Shown here: positions 33,341 through 45,766 of the stretch, piece by piece
Layout of the letters: every line of letters begins with the position of its first letter
Position numbering within the stretch: the stretch's first letter is position 1
Assembly: GCA_963751405.1 (NCBI GenBank)
Contig: CAVVUJ010000034.1
Span: 21,957 to 85,956 of the forward strand
Direction of reading: 5' to 3'
DNA: 64,000 nt
Source: an uncultured beta proteobacterium
Lineage (GTDB): Bacteria > Pseudomonadota > Gammaproteobacteria > Burkholderiales > Casimicrobiaceae
Notes under the pieces: generated by a model
The model's input: only the letters and a program-made list of their open reading frames with translations
What the model was told of the DNA's origin: nothing
Database searches by the model: none
Translations under genes and position numbers: made by a program

Positions 33341-34504
33341 TCACTTCACCAGAACCCACTTGCCGTCTTCGATCTTGATCATCGTCCGCGCCCGGTTGTC
33401 GAGGCCGTTGTGTTCGGTCGGCGACATCGTGTACACGCCGTGGGTCGCGACGACCTCCTTCATGTTTTCCAGCGCATCCCGCAGCGCGAGCCGGAATTCC
33501 TTGGTGCCGGGCTTCGCCTTTTTCAGTGCCTCGGGAATCGCCACCGACAGCATCACGGCGGCATCCCACGCGTGGCCGCCGAACGTCGTCCGCGAGTCCT
33601 TGCCGAACTTCGCCTCGTACTTGTTGATGTATTCGGCCGCCGACTTCTTGAGCGGGTTCGAGTCGGGCAGCTGCTCGAAGACGAGCATCGGGCCGATCGG
33701 CAGGATCGTGCCGTTGCCGTCCTTGCCGACGACGCGCAGGAAGTCCGGATTGGCGACGCCGTGCGTCTGGTAGATCTTGCCCTTGTAATTGCGCGCTACC
33801 AGCTCCTTCTGCGGCGTTGCGCCGGGGGTCCCCGCGGCCGCGATCAGGATCGCGTCGGGATTGGCGGCGACGAGCTTCAGCACCTGGCCGGTGACCGACG
33901 CGTCGGTCCGGTTGTACTTCTCCTCGCCGACGATCTTGATGCCGGCGGTGGCCGCCGAGCGGCGCATTTCCGCGAGCCAGCCGTCGCCGTACCCGTCGGC
34001 GAAGCCGATGTAACCCATCGTCTTCACGCCGTTCGCCTTCATGTTGATGGCGATCGCGTCCGCCATCAGCGAGTCGCTCTGCGGAGTCTTGAATACCCAC
34101 TTGGTCTTGGGATTGGCGGGATCGACGATCCGCGCCGAAGCCGCCATGGAGATCATCGGCGTCTCGGCATCGGCGACCACATCGACCATGGCCAGCGAGT
34201 TGGGCGTGATCGTCGAGCCGATGATGACGTCCACCTTGTCCTCGGAAATCAGCTTCTTGGTGTTGGTTACGGCCTTGGTCGTGTCGGAGCCGTCGTCGAG
34301 CACGATCCAGTTGATCTTCTGACCGCCGATCGTCGTGGGCACGAGCTCGAACGTGTTCTTCTCGGGGATGCCGAGCGACGCGGCGGGACCGGTGGCCGAC
34401 AACGTGACGCCGACGTTGATGTCGGCTTGCGCGGAAAGGGCAAAGCCGGCGGCGGCAATGGCGAGAGCCCCGATGAGCTTCGGCAACAGTTTGCGGTCGT
34501 TCAT
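33341..34504 (-). CDS. ABC transporter substrate-binding protein (Leu/Ile/Val-binding, LivK-like)
   Basis: 387-aa ORF with signal peptide [27 protein letters not shown]. The type I periplasmic binding fold shows [35 protein letters not shown] and [12 protein letters not shown]. Confidence 0.88.
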   Translation of the reverse strand: MNDRKLLPKLIGALAIAAAGFALSAQADINVGVTLSATGPAASLGIPEKNTFELVPTTIGGQKINWIVLDDGSDTTKAVTNTKKLISEDKVDVIIGSTITPNSLAMVDVVADAETPMISMAASARIVDPANPKTKWVFKTPQSDSLMADAIAINMKANGVKTMGYIGFADGYGDGWLAEMRRSAATAGIKIVGEEKYNRTDASVTGQVLKLVAANPDAILIAAAGTPGATPQKELVARNYKGKIYQTHGVANPDFLRVVGKDGNGTILPIGPMLVFEQLPDSNPLKKSAAEYINKYEAKFGKDSRTTFGGHAWDAAVMLSVAIPEALKKAKPGTKEFRLALRDALENMKEVVATHGVYTMSPTEHNGLDNRARTMIKIEDGKWVLVK

Positions 34505-34733
34505 TTCGATTCCTCCAGAGCCTCGTTCAGATCACGGATATTGCAGGGCCTTTGGCATCGTCCGTCTCCACCCGGCCAGCCGGGCGGAGCGCGGCGAAAC
34601 CCGTTCGATTCTTGCAAGGGCCCCGGGGGGCGGTCAATGCCTGCCCTTGATCTCCGACAAGGAAAGCGGCCGTCGGCCCCGATATCCCGGTCCGGCGCCG
34701 GTCCGCTGGCGCCCGGCTGCCTGCCGGCGCCGT

Positions 34734-35163
34734 CTATTTCCGCAGCGCGTCCCGGATCTCGCGCAGCAGGACCACGTCCTCGGGCGTCGGTGCCGGCGCC
34801 GCGGGTGGTGCGTCCTTCTTCAGCCGGTTCACCTGTTTCACCATGAGGAAGATCACGAAGGCGAGGATCAGGAAGTTGATGGCGACCGTGATGAAATTGC
34901 CGTACGCGAGCAGCGGAACCCCCGCCTTGGACAGCGCTTCGTAGGTCATCGGCCCGCTGTAGCCGGCGGGCGGGACTGGCCAGCATGACGAACCAGTTGG
35001 AGAAATCCAGATTGCCGAAGACCCTGCCGACGATCGGCATGATCAGGTCCTTGACCAGCGAATCGACGATCTTGCCGAACGCGGCGCCAATGATGACGCC
35101 GACGGCGAGATCCATCACGTTGCCCTTGACCGCGAACTCGCGAAACTCGGATGCGAACGACAT
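34734..35163 (-). pseudogene. mscL: Large-conductance mechanosensitive channel MscL; one frameshift as assembled
   Basis: The N-terminus [46 protein letters not shown]...FSNWFVML is in the frame of ORF 34501-35232 (ATG 35163, GGGAGG upstream). The C-terminus [45 protein letters not shown] is ORF 34734-34949. The join is at ~34960-34975. Confidence 0.85.
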
Positions 35164-35320
35164 GGCGCTTGCCTCCCTCGATGATGACCCGACGCAGACT
35201 CCGGCCGCGCCAGACCGATGCCGCCAACGCAAACCCGGTCAGTGCCCGCACGGCCGCCCGAAGGGCACTGTGCGCCCCCTCGGGGGGCAGCGAACGCAGC
35301 GAGCGTGGGGGCCGTTCATC

Positions 35321-37317
<1,997 letters not shown>

Positions 37318-37452
37318 GGCAGGCCAGTGTGCACGACGAAAATACTAGCACGCACGGCGTGCGCTCCGCCGTGCCGCCCGTGCCGCGGCACTCGCCTTCG
37401 CGACACCGTCCTTGCCGCCGGCCCCGACGCACGCGAGAATCGATGCCTGCGC

Positions 37453-38661
37453 ATGGATGCCGACCGTTCCTTCCTTTCCGGCACGACGCCCGCCAACCCG
37501 TTGACCATTCGCGACGACGTCGGCATCGCGTCGATCGCCGCCGCCGACTGGGACGCCCTGACCGGCGGGAAGCCGCTCGCCTCCCACGCGTTCCTGCGCG
37601 CGCTGCACGAGACCGGCTGCGCCGCGCCGGCCTCGGGCTGGTCGCCGTGCTACCTCACCGCCTGGCGCGCCGACGCGCTGGTCGGGGCGCTGCCGCTCTA
37701 CGCCAAGGCGCATTCGTACGGCGAGTACGTGTTCGACTGGGCGTGGGCCGATGCGTACCGCCGGTACGGGCGCCGCTACTATCCGAAGCTGGTGGCGGCG
37801 ATCCCGTTCACCCCGGCGCCGGGGCAACGGCTCTTCGCCTCCGACGAAGCGGCGGGCACCGCGCTGCTGCGGGCCGCGCTCGCGCGATTGCAGCCGGCGC
37901 CGGGCGGCGGCGATCCGCCGTTCTCGTCGCTGCACGTCCTGTTTCCGACCGCGGCCGAGGCCCAGGCGTGCGCGGCGGTGGGCATGGCCGTCCGGCACGG
38001 CGTTCAGTTCCGCTGGGAGAATCCGGGCTATCGCGACTTCGCGGATTTTCTCGCGACGTTCAACCACGACAAGCGCAAGAAGGTGAAGCAGGAGCGGCGC
38101 CGGGTCGCCGCGGCCGGCATCGCCTTCACGCGCAAGGTCGGCGCCGAGATCACCGCCGCGGACTGGGCGTTCTTCTACCGCTGCTACGAAAACACGTACC
38201 GCGACCATCACTCGACGCCGTATCTCAACCTCGCGTTCTTCGAGCGCATCGGCGCGACGATGCCCGATAACGTCATGCTGGCATTGGGTCACCGCGGCGA
38301 CACCGCGATCTGCGCCGCGCTCGACATCTTCGATCGGGAGACGCTCTGGGGCCGGTACTGGGGGACGACCGAACACGTGTCCGGCCTGCACTTCGAAGCC
38401 TGTTACTACCAGGCGATCGACTTCTGCATCGAGCGGAAAATCGCGCGCTTCGAAGGCGGGGCGCAGGGCGTGCACAAGCTGGCGCGCGGCCTCGTGCCCG
38501 TGCCGACCTGGTCGGCGCATGCGATCGCGGATGCCGATTTCGCCCGCGCGATCGAGGCGTTCTGCGCGCGCGAACGCGTCGACGTCGCGCACGCCCTCCA
38601 CGAGCTCGAAGCGGCGAGCCCGTTCCGGAATCCGGAGTCCGGGAACGAGCGACGCGAGTAG
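37453..38661 (+). CDS. GNAT-fold / FemAB-like protein of the DUF482 family
   Basis: Last 402 codons of tracked ORF 36628-38661, from MDADRSFLSG. It has YGEYVFDWAWADAYRRYGRRYYPKLVAAIPFTPAPG, FFYRCYENTYRDHHSTPYLN, LWGRYWGT, LHFEACYYQAIDFCIE and FEGGAQGVHKLARG. Confidence 0.7.
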   Translation: MDADRSFLSGTTPANPLTIRDDVGIASIAAADWDALTGGKPLASHAFLRALHETGCAAPASGWSPCYLTAWRADALVGALPLYAKAHSYGEYVFDWAWADAYRRYGRRYYPKLVAAIPFTPAPGQRLFASDEAAGTALLRAALARLQPAPGGGDPPFSSLHVLFPTAAEAQACAAVGMAVRHGVQFRWENPGYRDFADFLATFNHDKRKKVKQERRRVAAAGIAFTRKVGAEITAADWAFFYRCYENTYRDHHSTPYLNLAFFERIGATMPDNVMLALGHRGDTAICAALDIFDRETLWGRYWGTTEHVSGLHFEACYYQAIDFCIERKIARFEGGAQGVHKLARGLVPVPTWSAHAIADADFARAIEAFCARERVDVAHALHELEAASPFRNPESGNERRE

Positions 38662-38736
38662 CACGGGTGCGACCTGGGCCCGCGCACGCCACGTATGCCG
38701 GGAGCGGGCGGGGGGTGACCCGCGCCGCTCCTGCTG

Positions 38737-39010
38737 TCAGCGATTGCCGATGTCGTCGTCGATGATGACGGGCCGGACAGCGCGCGGGGCCTCGTTGCCG
38801 GCATCGGCTCCGTGTTTCGGTTCGCGTGGCTTGCGATTGCCGAAGTCGTCCTCGACGCTGACCGGAACCGTGGCGCGCGGCGCATCGTGGCGTGGCATCG
38901 CGTCGGTCCTCGGCGCACGCGGCTGGCGATTGCCGATATCGTCGTCGATGTCCGCCGGCCGCTCCGCTCGCGGCGCAACGTTGCCCGGCAGCGCTTCGGC
39001 ATTGGGGCCG
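38737..39010 (-). repeat. Three ~93-bp in-frame tandem repeats at the rluB 3' end
   Basis: GCGATTGCCGA(T/A)(G/A)TCGTC... recurs at 38740, 38833 and 38926. It encodes ...DIDDDIGNR / ...SVEDDFGNR / ...IIDDDIGNR-stop. Confidence 0.8.
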
Positions 39011-40506
39011 CGCCGATTGCGGTTGCCGCGGCCCCGCTTCTTGCCCTGACCCGCGCTTGGCCCGTTAGGCCCGCTGCCGCTGCCCGGTCCCTTCGGTCCA
39101 TTGCCGCGACCCGGTGCGCCGGGTCCCTTGCCTCGGCCCGGACCGCCGGGAGCGTTGCCGCGACCTGGCCCGTTCGGGCCATTGCCGCGACCCTGCTGCC
39201 CCTTGGGTCCGCGGCCGCGGCCCGGTCCCTGCGGCCTTGGGGCTCCCGTTCCCGGCAGACCTTCCGGCACAGCGCCGGGAACCGTGAGCGTCGTCATTAC
39301 ATAGGGCGAGGCCGAACCGTATCCGCCCCGCGCTTCGGCGTGCCGGGGTTTGCCGCCCTGCGGCCGTCCCTGTTGTCCGAAGGGGCGCGCGCCGTGCCCT
39401 TGGCCGGGAGCGCCGCGCCGCGGCCCGCCCTGCCCCTGCGGCCGCCCATGCGGCCTGCCGTGGGTCTTGCTGAAGAACTTGCCGACGGGAGTGTTGCCGT
39501 GCGTGGGCAAACCATGCACGCTGTTGCCCGGCTCGATCCCTTCGAAATCGGCGGATGAATCAGGATCCGCCGACAAGTCCGCCGGCATGCCGGGCTCGCG
39601 CCCCGATCCATCGCTCGCACCTTCGCGCTGCTCCTGACCCGGCGGGCGCGGACCCTTGCCCTGCCCGCGTCCGCCCTGACCCGGGTGGCGCCCGCCCTGT
39701 CCCTGCTTCTGCGCCGAAGGGCCTGTGGAGCGCATGCCGGCCGCCGTCAATACCGCCCCGACCTCCTCCGGCGTGAGTTCCAGCACCTGACCGCGCTTGA
39801 CGCGCGAGGGCATCGCCACGGGGCCGTAGCGCGTACGAATGAGCCGGCTCACCGTGAGGCCGAGCGCTTCGAACAGGCGCCGCACTTCGCGATTGCGGCC
39901 TTCCTTCAGCACCACGTGGTACCAGTGGTTGGAGCCTTCGCCGCCGCCGTCCTCGATCTTCTCGACCTTTCCCGGCCCGTCCTCGAGCTCGATGCCCGTC
40001 AGCAGCGCCTGCTGCTGCTCGGGCGTCAGGAGTCCCATCACGCGGACGGCGTACTCGCGCTCGACCTCGTAACGCGGATGCATCATCTTGTTGGCGAGAT
40101 CGCCGGAATTCGTGAACAGCAGCAGCCCCTCGGTGTTGAAGTCGAGGCGCCCGATCGCGATCCATTTGCCGTGGCCGATGTTCGGCAGCTTCTCGAACAC
40201 CGTCGGCCGGCCCTCGGGATCGTCGCGGGTGACGATCTCGCCGGCCGTCTTGTGATACATCAGGACCCGCGTGCGCGGCTCCGCGAAGCGGACCTTCACC
40301 AGCTCGCCGTTGATCCGCACCTCGTCGCCCGGCCCGACCTTCTGGCCGACGTCGGCGGGCTCACGGTTCACGGTGATGCGCCCGGCAAGGATCATTTCCT
40401 CCATCGCGCGGCGCGAGCCGAAGCCGCACGACGCCAGCACTTTGTGCAGGCGCTGCGGCTCGTTGAAGATGTCGTCAGTGGAGGAGCGGTGACGCGGGGG
40501 CGTCAT
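38737..40506 (-). CDS. rluB: 23S rRNA pseudouridine synthase RluB with long low-complexity C-terminal tail
   Basis: Tracked ORF is 38737-40623. The likely start is ATG 40506 (MTPPRHRSS...). It has an S4 domain ([29 protein letters not shown]) and the RsuA/RluB catalytic core ([47 protein letters not shown]). About 330 residues of Gly/Arg/Pro-rich sequence follow. Confidence 0.88.
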   Translation of the reverse strand: MTPPRHRSSTDDIFNEPQRLHKVLASCGFGSRRAMEEMILAGRITVNREPADVGQKVGPGDEVRINGELVKVRFAEPRTRVLMYHKTAGEIVTRDDPEGRPTVFEKLPNIGHGKWIAIGRLDFNTEGLLLFTNSGDLANKMMHPRYEVEREYAVRVMGLLTPEQQQALLTGIELEDGPGKVEKIEDGGGEGSNHWYHVVLKEGRNREVRRLFEALGLTVSRLIRTRYGPVAMPSRVKRGQVLELTPEEVGAVLTAAGMRSTGPSAQKQGQGGRHPGQGGRGQGKGPRPPGQEQREGASDGSGREPGMPADLSADPDSSADFEGIEPGNSVHGLPTHGNTPVGKFFSKTHGRPHGRPQGQGGPRRGAPGQGHGARPFGQQGRPQGGKPRHAEARGGYGSASPYVMTTLTVPGAVPEGLPGTGAPRPQGPGRGRGPKGQQGRGNGPNGPGRGNAPGGPGRGKGPGAPGRGNGPKGPGSGSGPNGPSAGQGKKRGRGNRNRRGPNAEALPGNVAPRAERPADIDDDIGNRQPRAPRTDAMPRHDAPRATVPVSVEDDFGNRKPREPKHGADAGNEAPRAVRPVIIDDDIGNR

Positions 40507-41164
40507 GCTCTCCGTGATCTGCTGCAGCGCCAGGCTCGGCTGGTGCATCGGGCCGGTCGGCGGGCGGTGCCACGATCGGGATCGCGAGCGCGAGTTGCGC
40601 TTCGGCGGCTTGGGTGGTTGCATCGGGATTCTCCAGCAGGTGGGAAGCGTCGAGCTCGGCCAGCGAGGGCAGTTCCGACAAAGCGGAAAGGCCGAGATCG
40701 TCGAGGAAGGTCTTGGTGGTCGCGTAGAGCGCCGGGCGACCCGGCGTCTCGCGGTGACCGACCACTTCGACCCATTGGCGGTCCTCCAGCGTCTTGACGA
40801 TGTTGGTGGACACGGCGACGCCGCGGATGGCTTCGATGTCGCCGCGGGTCACGGGTTGCTGATAGGCGATGATCGCCAGCGTTTCCATCACCGCGCGCGA
40901 ATAGCGCGGCGGCTTTTCCGGCCCGAGCCGGTCGAGGTAGGCCTGGACGGCGGGCTTGCACTGGAACCGCCAGCCCGTTGCAACCTGCACGAGCTCGACG
41001 CTCCTGCCCGTCCAGCTTCGGGCGAGGTCGTCCAGCAGCGCCTGCACCGCTCCGTTGTCGAGCGCGGGATCGAACAGCTTCGCCAGCGTCCCCGCCGCCA
41101 CCGGTTCTCCGGCCGCAAGCAGCGCCGCCTCGACGATGTTCCTCTTTTCCTGCATGTCGTCCAT
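40475..41164 (-). CDS. scpB: Segregation and condensation protein B
   Basis: 229-aa ORF with [74 protein letters not shown]. Confidence 0.9.
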   Translation of the reverse strand: MDDMQEKRNIVEAALLAAGEPVAAGTLAKLFDPALDNGAVQALLDDLARSWTGRSVELVQVATGWRFQCKPAVQAYLDRLGPEKPPRYSRAVMETLAIIAYQQPVTRGDIEAIRGVAVSTNIVKTLEDRQWVEVVGHRETPGRPALYATTKTFLDDLGLSALSELPSLAELDASHLLENPDATTQAAEAQLALAIPIVAPPADRPDAPAEPGAAADHGEHDAPASPLLH

Positions 41165-41189
41165 CGTGCTACCGTGGTGTTCGGTCGGG

Positions 41190-42014
41190 TCAGGATGCCA
41201 GCGCGAAAGCCGGGCCGCCGGTCAGCTGCGCGTAGATCGGTGCATACGGCTCCGCCTGCGCGATCGTCACCAGCTGCTCCCGTGCGAGCTCGAGCAGGGC
41301 GAGAAACGTCACGATCAGATGCGGCACGTCGGCGTGCTGCGCAAACAGCGTCGTGAACTCGGCGAAGCGCGCGGGCTCCAGCGCCTTCAGGATGCGGCTC
41401 ATCTCCGCCCGCACCGAGAGCCGCTCGCGGCTGACCAGATGATGCCGGTTGATGCGCGCCCGCGCAAGGAGTCCCGCCCAGGCGGCGCGCAGATCGTCGG
41501 GGCAGACGTCCGGCAGGCGGGCCGAGGCGGCGTGGTCGAACCAGACCCGCACCAGCGCGAAATCGCGGTCGGCGAGCGGCAGCGCGTCGATCTCGTGCGC
41601 GGCCTTTTTCATCCGTTCGTACTCCAGCAGCCGGCGGACCAGCTCGGCGCGGGGGTCTTCCGGCTCGGCGCCCGGCGGCGCCGGAGGCTTCGGCAGCAGC
41701 AGCCGCGACTTGATCTCGATCAGGACGGCGGCCATCAGCAGGTACTCGGCGGCGAGCTCGAGCTGGGTGCGCCGCATCATCTCGACGTAGCCCAGGTACT
41801 GCCGCGTGAGCTCCGCCATCGGGATCTCGAGCACGTTGATGTTCTGCTTGCGGATCAGGTAGAGGAGCAGGTCGAGCGGGCCCTCGAACGTGTCGAGGAA
41901 GATCTCGAGCGCCTCGGGCGGGATGTAGAGGTCGTGCGGCAGCTCGAGCATCGGCTCGCCGTGGACCTTGGCCACCGCTCCGCCGCCCTGGGTGACGAGA
42001 TCGAGGGTGCTCAT
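41190..42014 (-). CDS. scpA: Segregation and condensation protein A
   Basis: 274-aa ORF with FEGPLDLLLYLIRKQNINVLEIPMAELTRQYLGYV...LAAEYLLMAAVLIEIKSRLLLP. Confidence 0.9.
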   Translation of the reverse strand: MSTLDLVTQGGGAVAKVHGEPMLELPHDLYIPPEALEIFLDTFEGPLDLLLYLIRKQNINVLEIPMAELTRQYLGYVEMMRRTQLELAAEYLLMAAVLIEIKSRLLLPKPPAPPGAEPEDPRAELVRRLLEYERMKKAAHEIDALPLADRDFALVRVWFDHAASARLPDVCPDDLRAAWAGLLARARINRHHLVSRERLSVRAEMSRILKALEPARFAEFTTLFAQHADVPHLIVTFLALLELAREQLVTIAQAEPYAPIYAQLTGGPAFALAS

Positions 42015-42045
42015 GTCGCAGCCTCTTTGGCTTCGCCGGCCTCGC

Positions 42046-43248
42046 TCACGTGTAGTCGAGCCCCATCGCGCCGCGGACGTCGCGCATCGTCTCCTCGGCC
42101 AGCTTGCGGGCGCGCTCGCAGCCGTCGGCGACGATGTTGCGCACGAGCTGCGGGTCGTCGAGATACAGCTGCGCGCGCTCGCGGATCGGCTCCTGCTCGC
42201 GGATGATCGCGTCGATCACCGGCTGCTTGCAGTCGAGGCAGCCGATGCCCGCCGTCGTGCAGCCCTTGACGACCCAGTCGCGCGTCGCCGCGTCCGAGTA
42301 GATGGCGTGCAGCGGCCACACCGGGCAGCGTTCCGGATCGCCCTTGTCCGAGCGGCGCACCCGCGCCGGATCGGTCTGCATCGTGCGGATCTTCTTCGTG
42401 ACCTCGGCGGGCTCCTCGCGCATCAGGATCGCGTTGCCGGTGGACTTCGACATCTTCTGCCCGTCGAGACCCGGCACTTTCGGCGTCGCCGTCAGCAGCG
42501 GATCGGGCTCGGGCAGGATCATGCGCCGGGCCCCCTCGAGATAGCCGAACAACCGCTCGCGGTCGCCGAGCGAGAGATTCTGCGTCTCGTTCAGCAGGTC
42601 CTTCGCCGCCTCGAGCGCGGCGGCGTCGCCCTGCTCCTGGAACGCCGTGCGCAGCTCGCCGTAGCGGCGCGCCTTCTTCACGCCGAGCTTCTTGACCGCC
42701 GCCTTGGCCTTGTCCTCGAAGCCCGCCTCGCGGCCGTAGATGAAGTTGAAGCGGCGCGCGAGCTCGCGCACGAGCTCGATGTGCGACACCTGGTCCTCGC
42801 CCACCGGCACCATGTTCGCGCGGTAGATCAGGATGTCGGCGCCCTGCATGACCGGGTAGCCGAGGAATCCGTAGTTGGACAGGTCGCGGTCGGCGAGCTT
42901 CTGCTGCTGGTCCTTGTAGGTCGGCACCCGCTCGAGCCAGCCCACCGGCGTGATCATTCCCAGGAGCAGCGCGAGCTCGGCGTGCTCGGGCACGCGCGAC
43001 TGGATGAAGATCGTGGCACGCGCCGGGTTGATGCCGGCGGCGAGCCAGTCGACGAACATCTCCCAGACGGACTCCGAGATCGTTTCGCTGCTGTCGTAAT
43101 GCGTGGTCAGCGCGTGCCAGTCCGCGGCGAAGTACAGGCACTCGTACTCTTCCTGCAGCTTCACCCAGTTCTTGAGCGCGCCGTGGTAGTGGCCGATGTG
43201 GCAGCGGCCGGTGGGACGCATGCCCGAGAGGACGCGATCAACGAACAT
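42046..43248 (-). CDS. trpS: Tryptophan--tRNA ligase
   Basis: Residue 57 onward of tracked ORF 42046-43416 (MFVDRVLSGMRPTGRCHIGHYHGAL...). It has the class I HIGH motif and KMSKS (GQKMSKS). A long insertion is typical of the ~400-aa beta-proteobacterial form. Confidence 0.92.
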   Translation of the reverse strand: MFVDRVLSGMRPTGRCHIGHYHGALKNWVKLQEEYECLYFAADWHALTTHYDSSETISESVWEMFVDWLAAGINPARATIFIQSRVPEHAELALLLGMITPVGWLERVPTYKDQQQKLADRDLSNYGFLGYPVMQGADILIYRANMVPVGEDQVSHIELVRELARRFNFIYGREAGFEDKAKAAVKKLGVKKARRYGELRTAFQEQGDAAALEAAKDLLNETQNLSLGDRERLFGYLEGARRMILPEPDPLLTATPKVPGLDGQKMSKSTGNAILMREEPAEVTKKIRTMQTDPARVRRSDKGDPERCPVWPLHAIYSDAATRDWVVKGCTTAGIGCLDCKQPVIDAIIREQEPIRERAQLYLDDPQLVRNIVADGCERARKLAEETMRDVRGAMGLDYT

Positions 43249-43253
43249 GGCGT

Positions 43254-43942
43254 TCACGGCACTAGAACCCGTCGGGAAGGTTGACAGGCCGGTAAGGGAT
43301 TCGAGCGAGCGCGGTACCGGCGACTGCCCAGAACGGGCTGCATCACGATCGCCGAGCACGCCCGTGGCAATCAGCGCGATCACGATGAAGAAGCCGTAAG
43401 CGCTCGGTCCGGGCAAACGGGACCGCGAGCGAGTGCGGCAGCAGGCTGACCGCGATCCGGCCGCCGTCGAGCGGAAGTATGGGCAGCAGATTCAGAACCA
43501 TCAAATGCGACGTTGATGCCAACTCCGACGATCGCCATGTACATGCAGCCCGCGCTCGCCAGAAGGCCCGCGGCCCATGGCGAGGCCGAACACGAATCGC
43601 CCAGCCGAGCGCCATCGACAAAATTGGCGACGCCGGCCCGGCAGCGGCAACCCAGAACATGTCGCGCTTGGGTTGCGCAGGTTGCCGAAATTCACCGGCA
43701 CCGGCCTCGCCCAGCCGAAGAGGATGCCGGGCGCCGAGCAGGCAGCGTGGCGAGCCGGCACCAGCACCGTCCCAACCGGAGTCGATGTGCTTCAGCGGGT
43801 TGGCCGTAACGCGTCCCAGCATCCAGGCCGTGCTGTCGCCGAACATCCTGGCGACGTAGCCATGGGCCGCTTCGTGTACGGTGATCGCGAGGATGATCGG
43901 GACCGCGGCCGAGCGCGATCTTCACAAGGGAGAAAAATCCAT
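43254..43942 (-). pseudogene. Site-2 protease (peptidase M50) family gene, riddled with ~10 single-base indels
   Basis: Starting from ATG 43942, conserved M50 segments appear alternately in all three minus frames. In order: MDF / FSLVKIALG / AVPIILAITVHEAAHGYVARMFGDSTAWMLGRVTANPLKHID / PVGTVLVPA...PGILFGWARPVPVNFGNLRNP / KRDMFWVAAAGPA / ANFV / MALGWA / FVFGLAMG / AAGLLASAGCMYMAIVGVGINVA / LMVLNLLPILPLDGGRIAVSLLPHSL / YGFFIVIALIATGVL / AIVMQPVLGS. The HExxH and LDGG motifs are intact. Confidence 0.8.
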
Positions 43943-44078
43943 GGGCCGCGCATTCTACCCGAGTCCGGCCCGGTGCGCCCGGCAACCGGGGTCGGGGCGG
44001 CGGCGCGAGGACATTTCGGCATCGCCCGACGCCGCTGGGGAAGTCCGATGTTCGCCGGCAGGCCCTTGCCGGCTCCGG

Positions 44079-44705
44079 TCACTCGAGCCCCAGGCGCGCC
44101 GGATCGCCGGCGCCGTGCCGCACGATGACCGCCGGTTCCACCGCGAGATCGACGACCGTCGTGGGCGCCGCGGCGCACGCCCCGGCGTCGATGATGAGAT
44201 CGAGCACCCGGCCCAGCGCGTCCCGGATCGCCTCGGCGTCGTTGAGCGGCTCGACCGCGCCGGGCAGGATCAGCGTCGACGACAGGATGGGCTCGCCCAG
44301 TTCCGCGAGCAGCGCCTGCACGACGGCATGATCCGGCACGCGCACCCCGACCGTGCTGCGCTTCGGGTGCTGCAGCCGCCGCGGCACCTCGCGCGTGGCC
44401 GGCAGCAGGAAGGTGAAAGTGCCCGGGGTGCCCTGGCGGACGATCCGGAATTGCCGGTTGTCGACCTTGGCGAAATGGCCGATTTCCGAAAGATCCCGCA
44501 ACACGAGCGTGAGGTGGTGTCCTTCGTCGACGCCGCGGATCTGCCGAATCCGCCTGGCCGCCGCCGCATCGCCGATGTGGCAGCCGAGCGCGTAGCTCGA
44601 GTCGGTGGGATAGGCGATCACGCCGCCCGAGCGCAGGATGGCCGCCGCCTGCCGGATGAGACGCGGCTGGGGATTGGCGGGGTGTACCTGGAAGAATTGA
44701 GCCAT
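44079..44705 (-). CDS. L-threonylcarbamoyladenylate synthase (YrdC/YciO/Sua5 family)
   Basis: 208-aa ORF with GGVIAYPTDSSYALGC, LKGRP-like region IRGVDEGHHLTLVL, PGTFTFLLPA, VGVRVPDHAVVQALL, ILSSTLILPG. Confidence 0.85.
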   Translation of the reverse strand: MAQFFQVHPANPQPRLIRQAAAILRSGGVIAYPTDSSYALGCHIGDAAAARRIRQIRGVDEGHHLTLVLRDLSEIGHFAKVDNRQFRIVRQGTPGTFTFLLPATREVPRRLQHPKRSTVGVRVPDHAVVQALLAELGEPILSSTLILPGAVEPLNDAEAIRDALGRVLDLIIDAGACAAAPTTVVDLAVEPAVIVRHGAGDPARLGLE

Positions 44706-44795
44706 GATCAGCGTGGCGAGCCGCGGGTTGCCGGGAAAGGCGACGGCGCGGTTCTATAATTGCCGCGAATTCTAACCCGCCCAGGCGCCGGCCCC

Positions 44796-45734
44796 TTGAA
44801 CCTGCAGCAATTGCGCTACCTTTGCGCCATCGTCGACCACGGTCTCAACGTGTCCGACGCGGCGGCGGCATTGTTCACGTCGCAGCCCGGCGTGAGCAAG
44901 CAGGTGCGGCAGCTGGAAGACGAGCTCGGGGTCCGCGTCTTCGTGCGCATCGGCAAGCGCATCGCGTCGGTGACGCCGGCCGGCGAGGCGGTGATCGCAA
45001 CGGCGCGCCGCGCGCTGCGGGAAGTCGAGAACGTAAAGCGCGTCGGGGCCGAGTTCAAGAACGAGAACGAAGGCACGCTGGCCATCGCCACCACGCACAC
45101 GCAGGCGCGGTATGTGCTGCCCCGCGTGGTCCGGGACTTCGCCGCCCGCTTCCCCCGCGTCAAGCTCGAGCTGCACCAGGGCAATCCGGTCCAGGTGGCC
45201 GAGCACACCGCGCGCGGCGACGCCGACATCGGGATCGCCACCGAGGCGCTGGCGTCGTTCCCGGACCTCGTCACGCTGCCGTGCTACCAGTGGAACCGTT
45301 GCGTGCTCGTCCCCCGCGGGCACCCGCTCGCGAAGGTGAAAGTGCTGACGCTCGCGGCGCTCGCCCGCCATCCGATCATCACCTACGACTTCGCCTTCAC
45401 GGGCCGCTCGCAGATCAACGCCGCGTTCGATGCCGAGGGGCTCGCGCCGAACGTCGTGCTCACCGCGCTCGATTCGGACGTGATCAAGACCTACGTCGAG
45501 CTCGGGATGGGCGTGGGCATCGTCGCGCAGATGGCCCACGACCCGGACCGCGACCGCGCCTTCGTGAAACTCGACGCGGGGCACCTGTTCGCGCCGTCGA
45601 CGACGCGCCTCGCCGTGCGCCGCGGCGCGTTCCTGCGCGGCTACGTCTACGAGTTCATACGCCTGTTCGCCCCGGCGCTCGATCGGGCGAAGGTCGACGC
45701 GGCGCTCGCCGGCACACCATCACGGGCCGCCTGA
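44796..45734 (+). CDS. cysB: LysR-type transcriptional regulator, CysB family
   Basis: Tracked ORF is 44760-45734. From TTG 44796 the product LNLQQLRYLCAIVDHGLNVSDAAAALFTSQPGVSKQVRQLEDELGVRVF...LAIATTHTQARYVLP...LPCYQWNRCVLVP...DSDVIKTYVELGMGVGI is collinear with E. coli CysB ([45 protein letters not shown]...). Confidence 0.85.
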   Translation: MNLQQLRYLCAIVDHGLNVSDAAAALFTSQPGVSKQVRQLEDELGVRVFVRIGKRIASVTPAGEAVIATARRALREVENVKRVGAEFKNENEGTLAIATTHTQARYVLPRVVRDFAARFPRVKLELHQGNPVQVAEHTARGDADIGIATEALASFPDLVTLPCYQWNRCVLVPRGHPLAKVKVLTLAALARHPIITYDFAFTGRSQINAAFDAEGLAPNVVLTALDSDVIKTYVELGMGVGIVAQMAHDPDRDRAFVKLDAGHLFAPSTTRLAVRRGAFLRGYVYEFIRLFAPALDRAKVDAALAGTPSRAA

Positions 45735-45766
45735 CGCGCGGCCCACGACCGTTAAGACGAGACTCC

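Noticed and set aside
38737-39300. Regularly spaced repeats (also 51340-51555 in rne) considered as a possible CRISPR-like or other non-coding array.
   Set aside because: The repeats are in frame inside long conserved ORFs and encode repeated peptide motifs. There is no repeat-spacer organisation and no cas genes.
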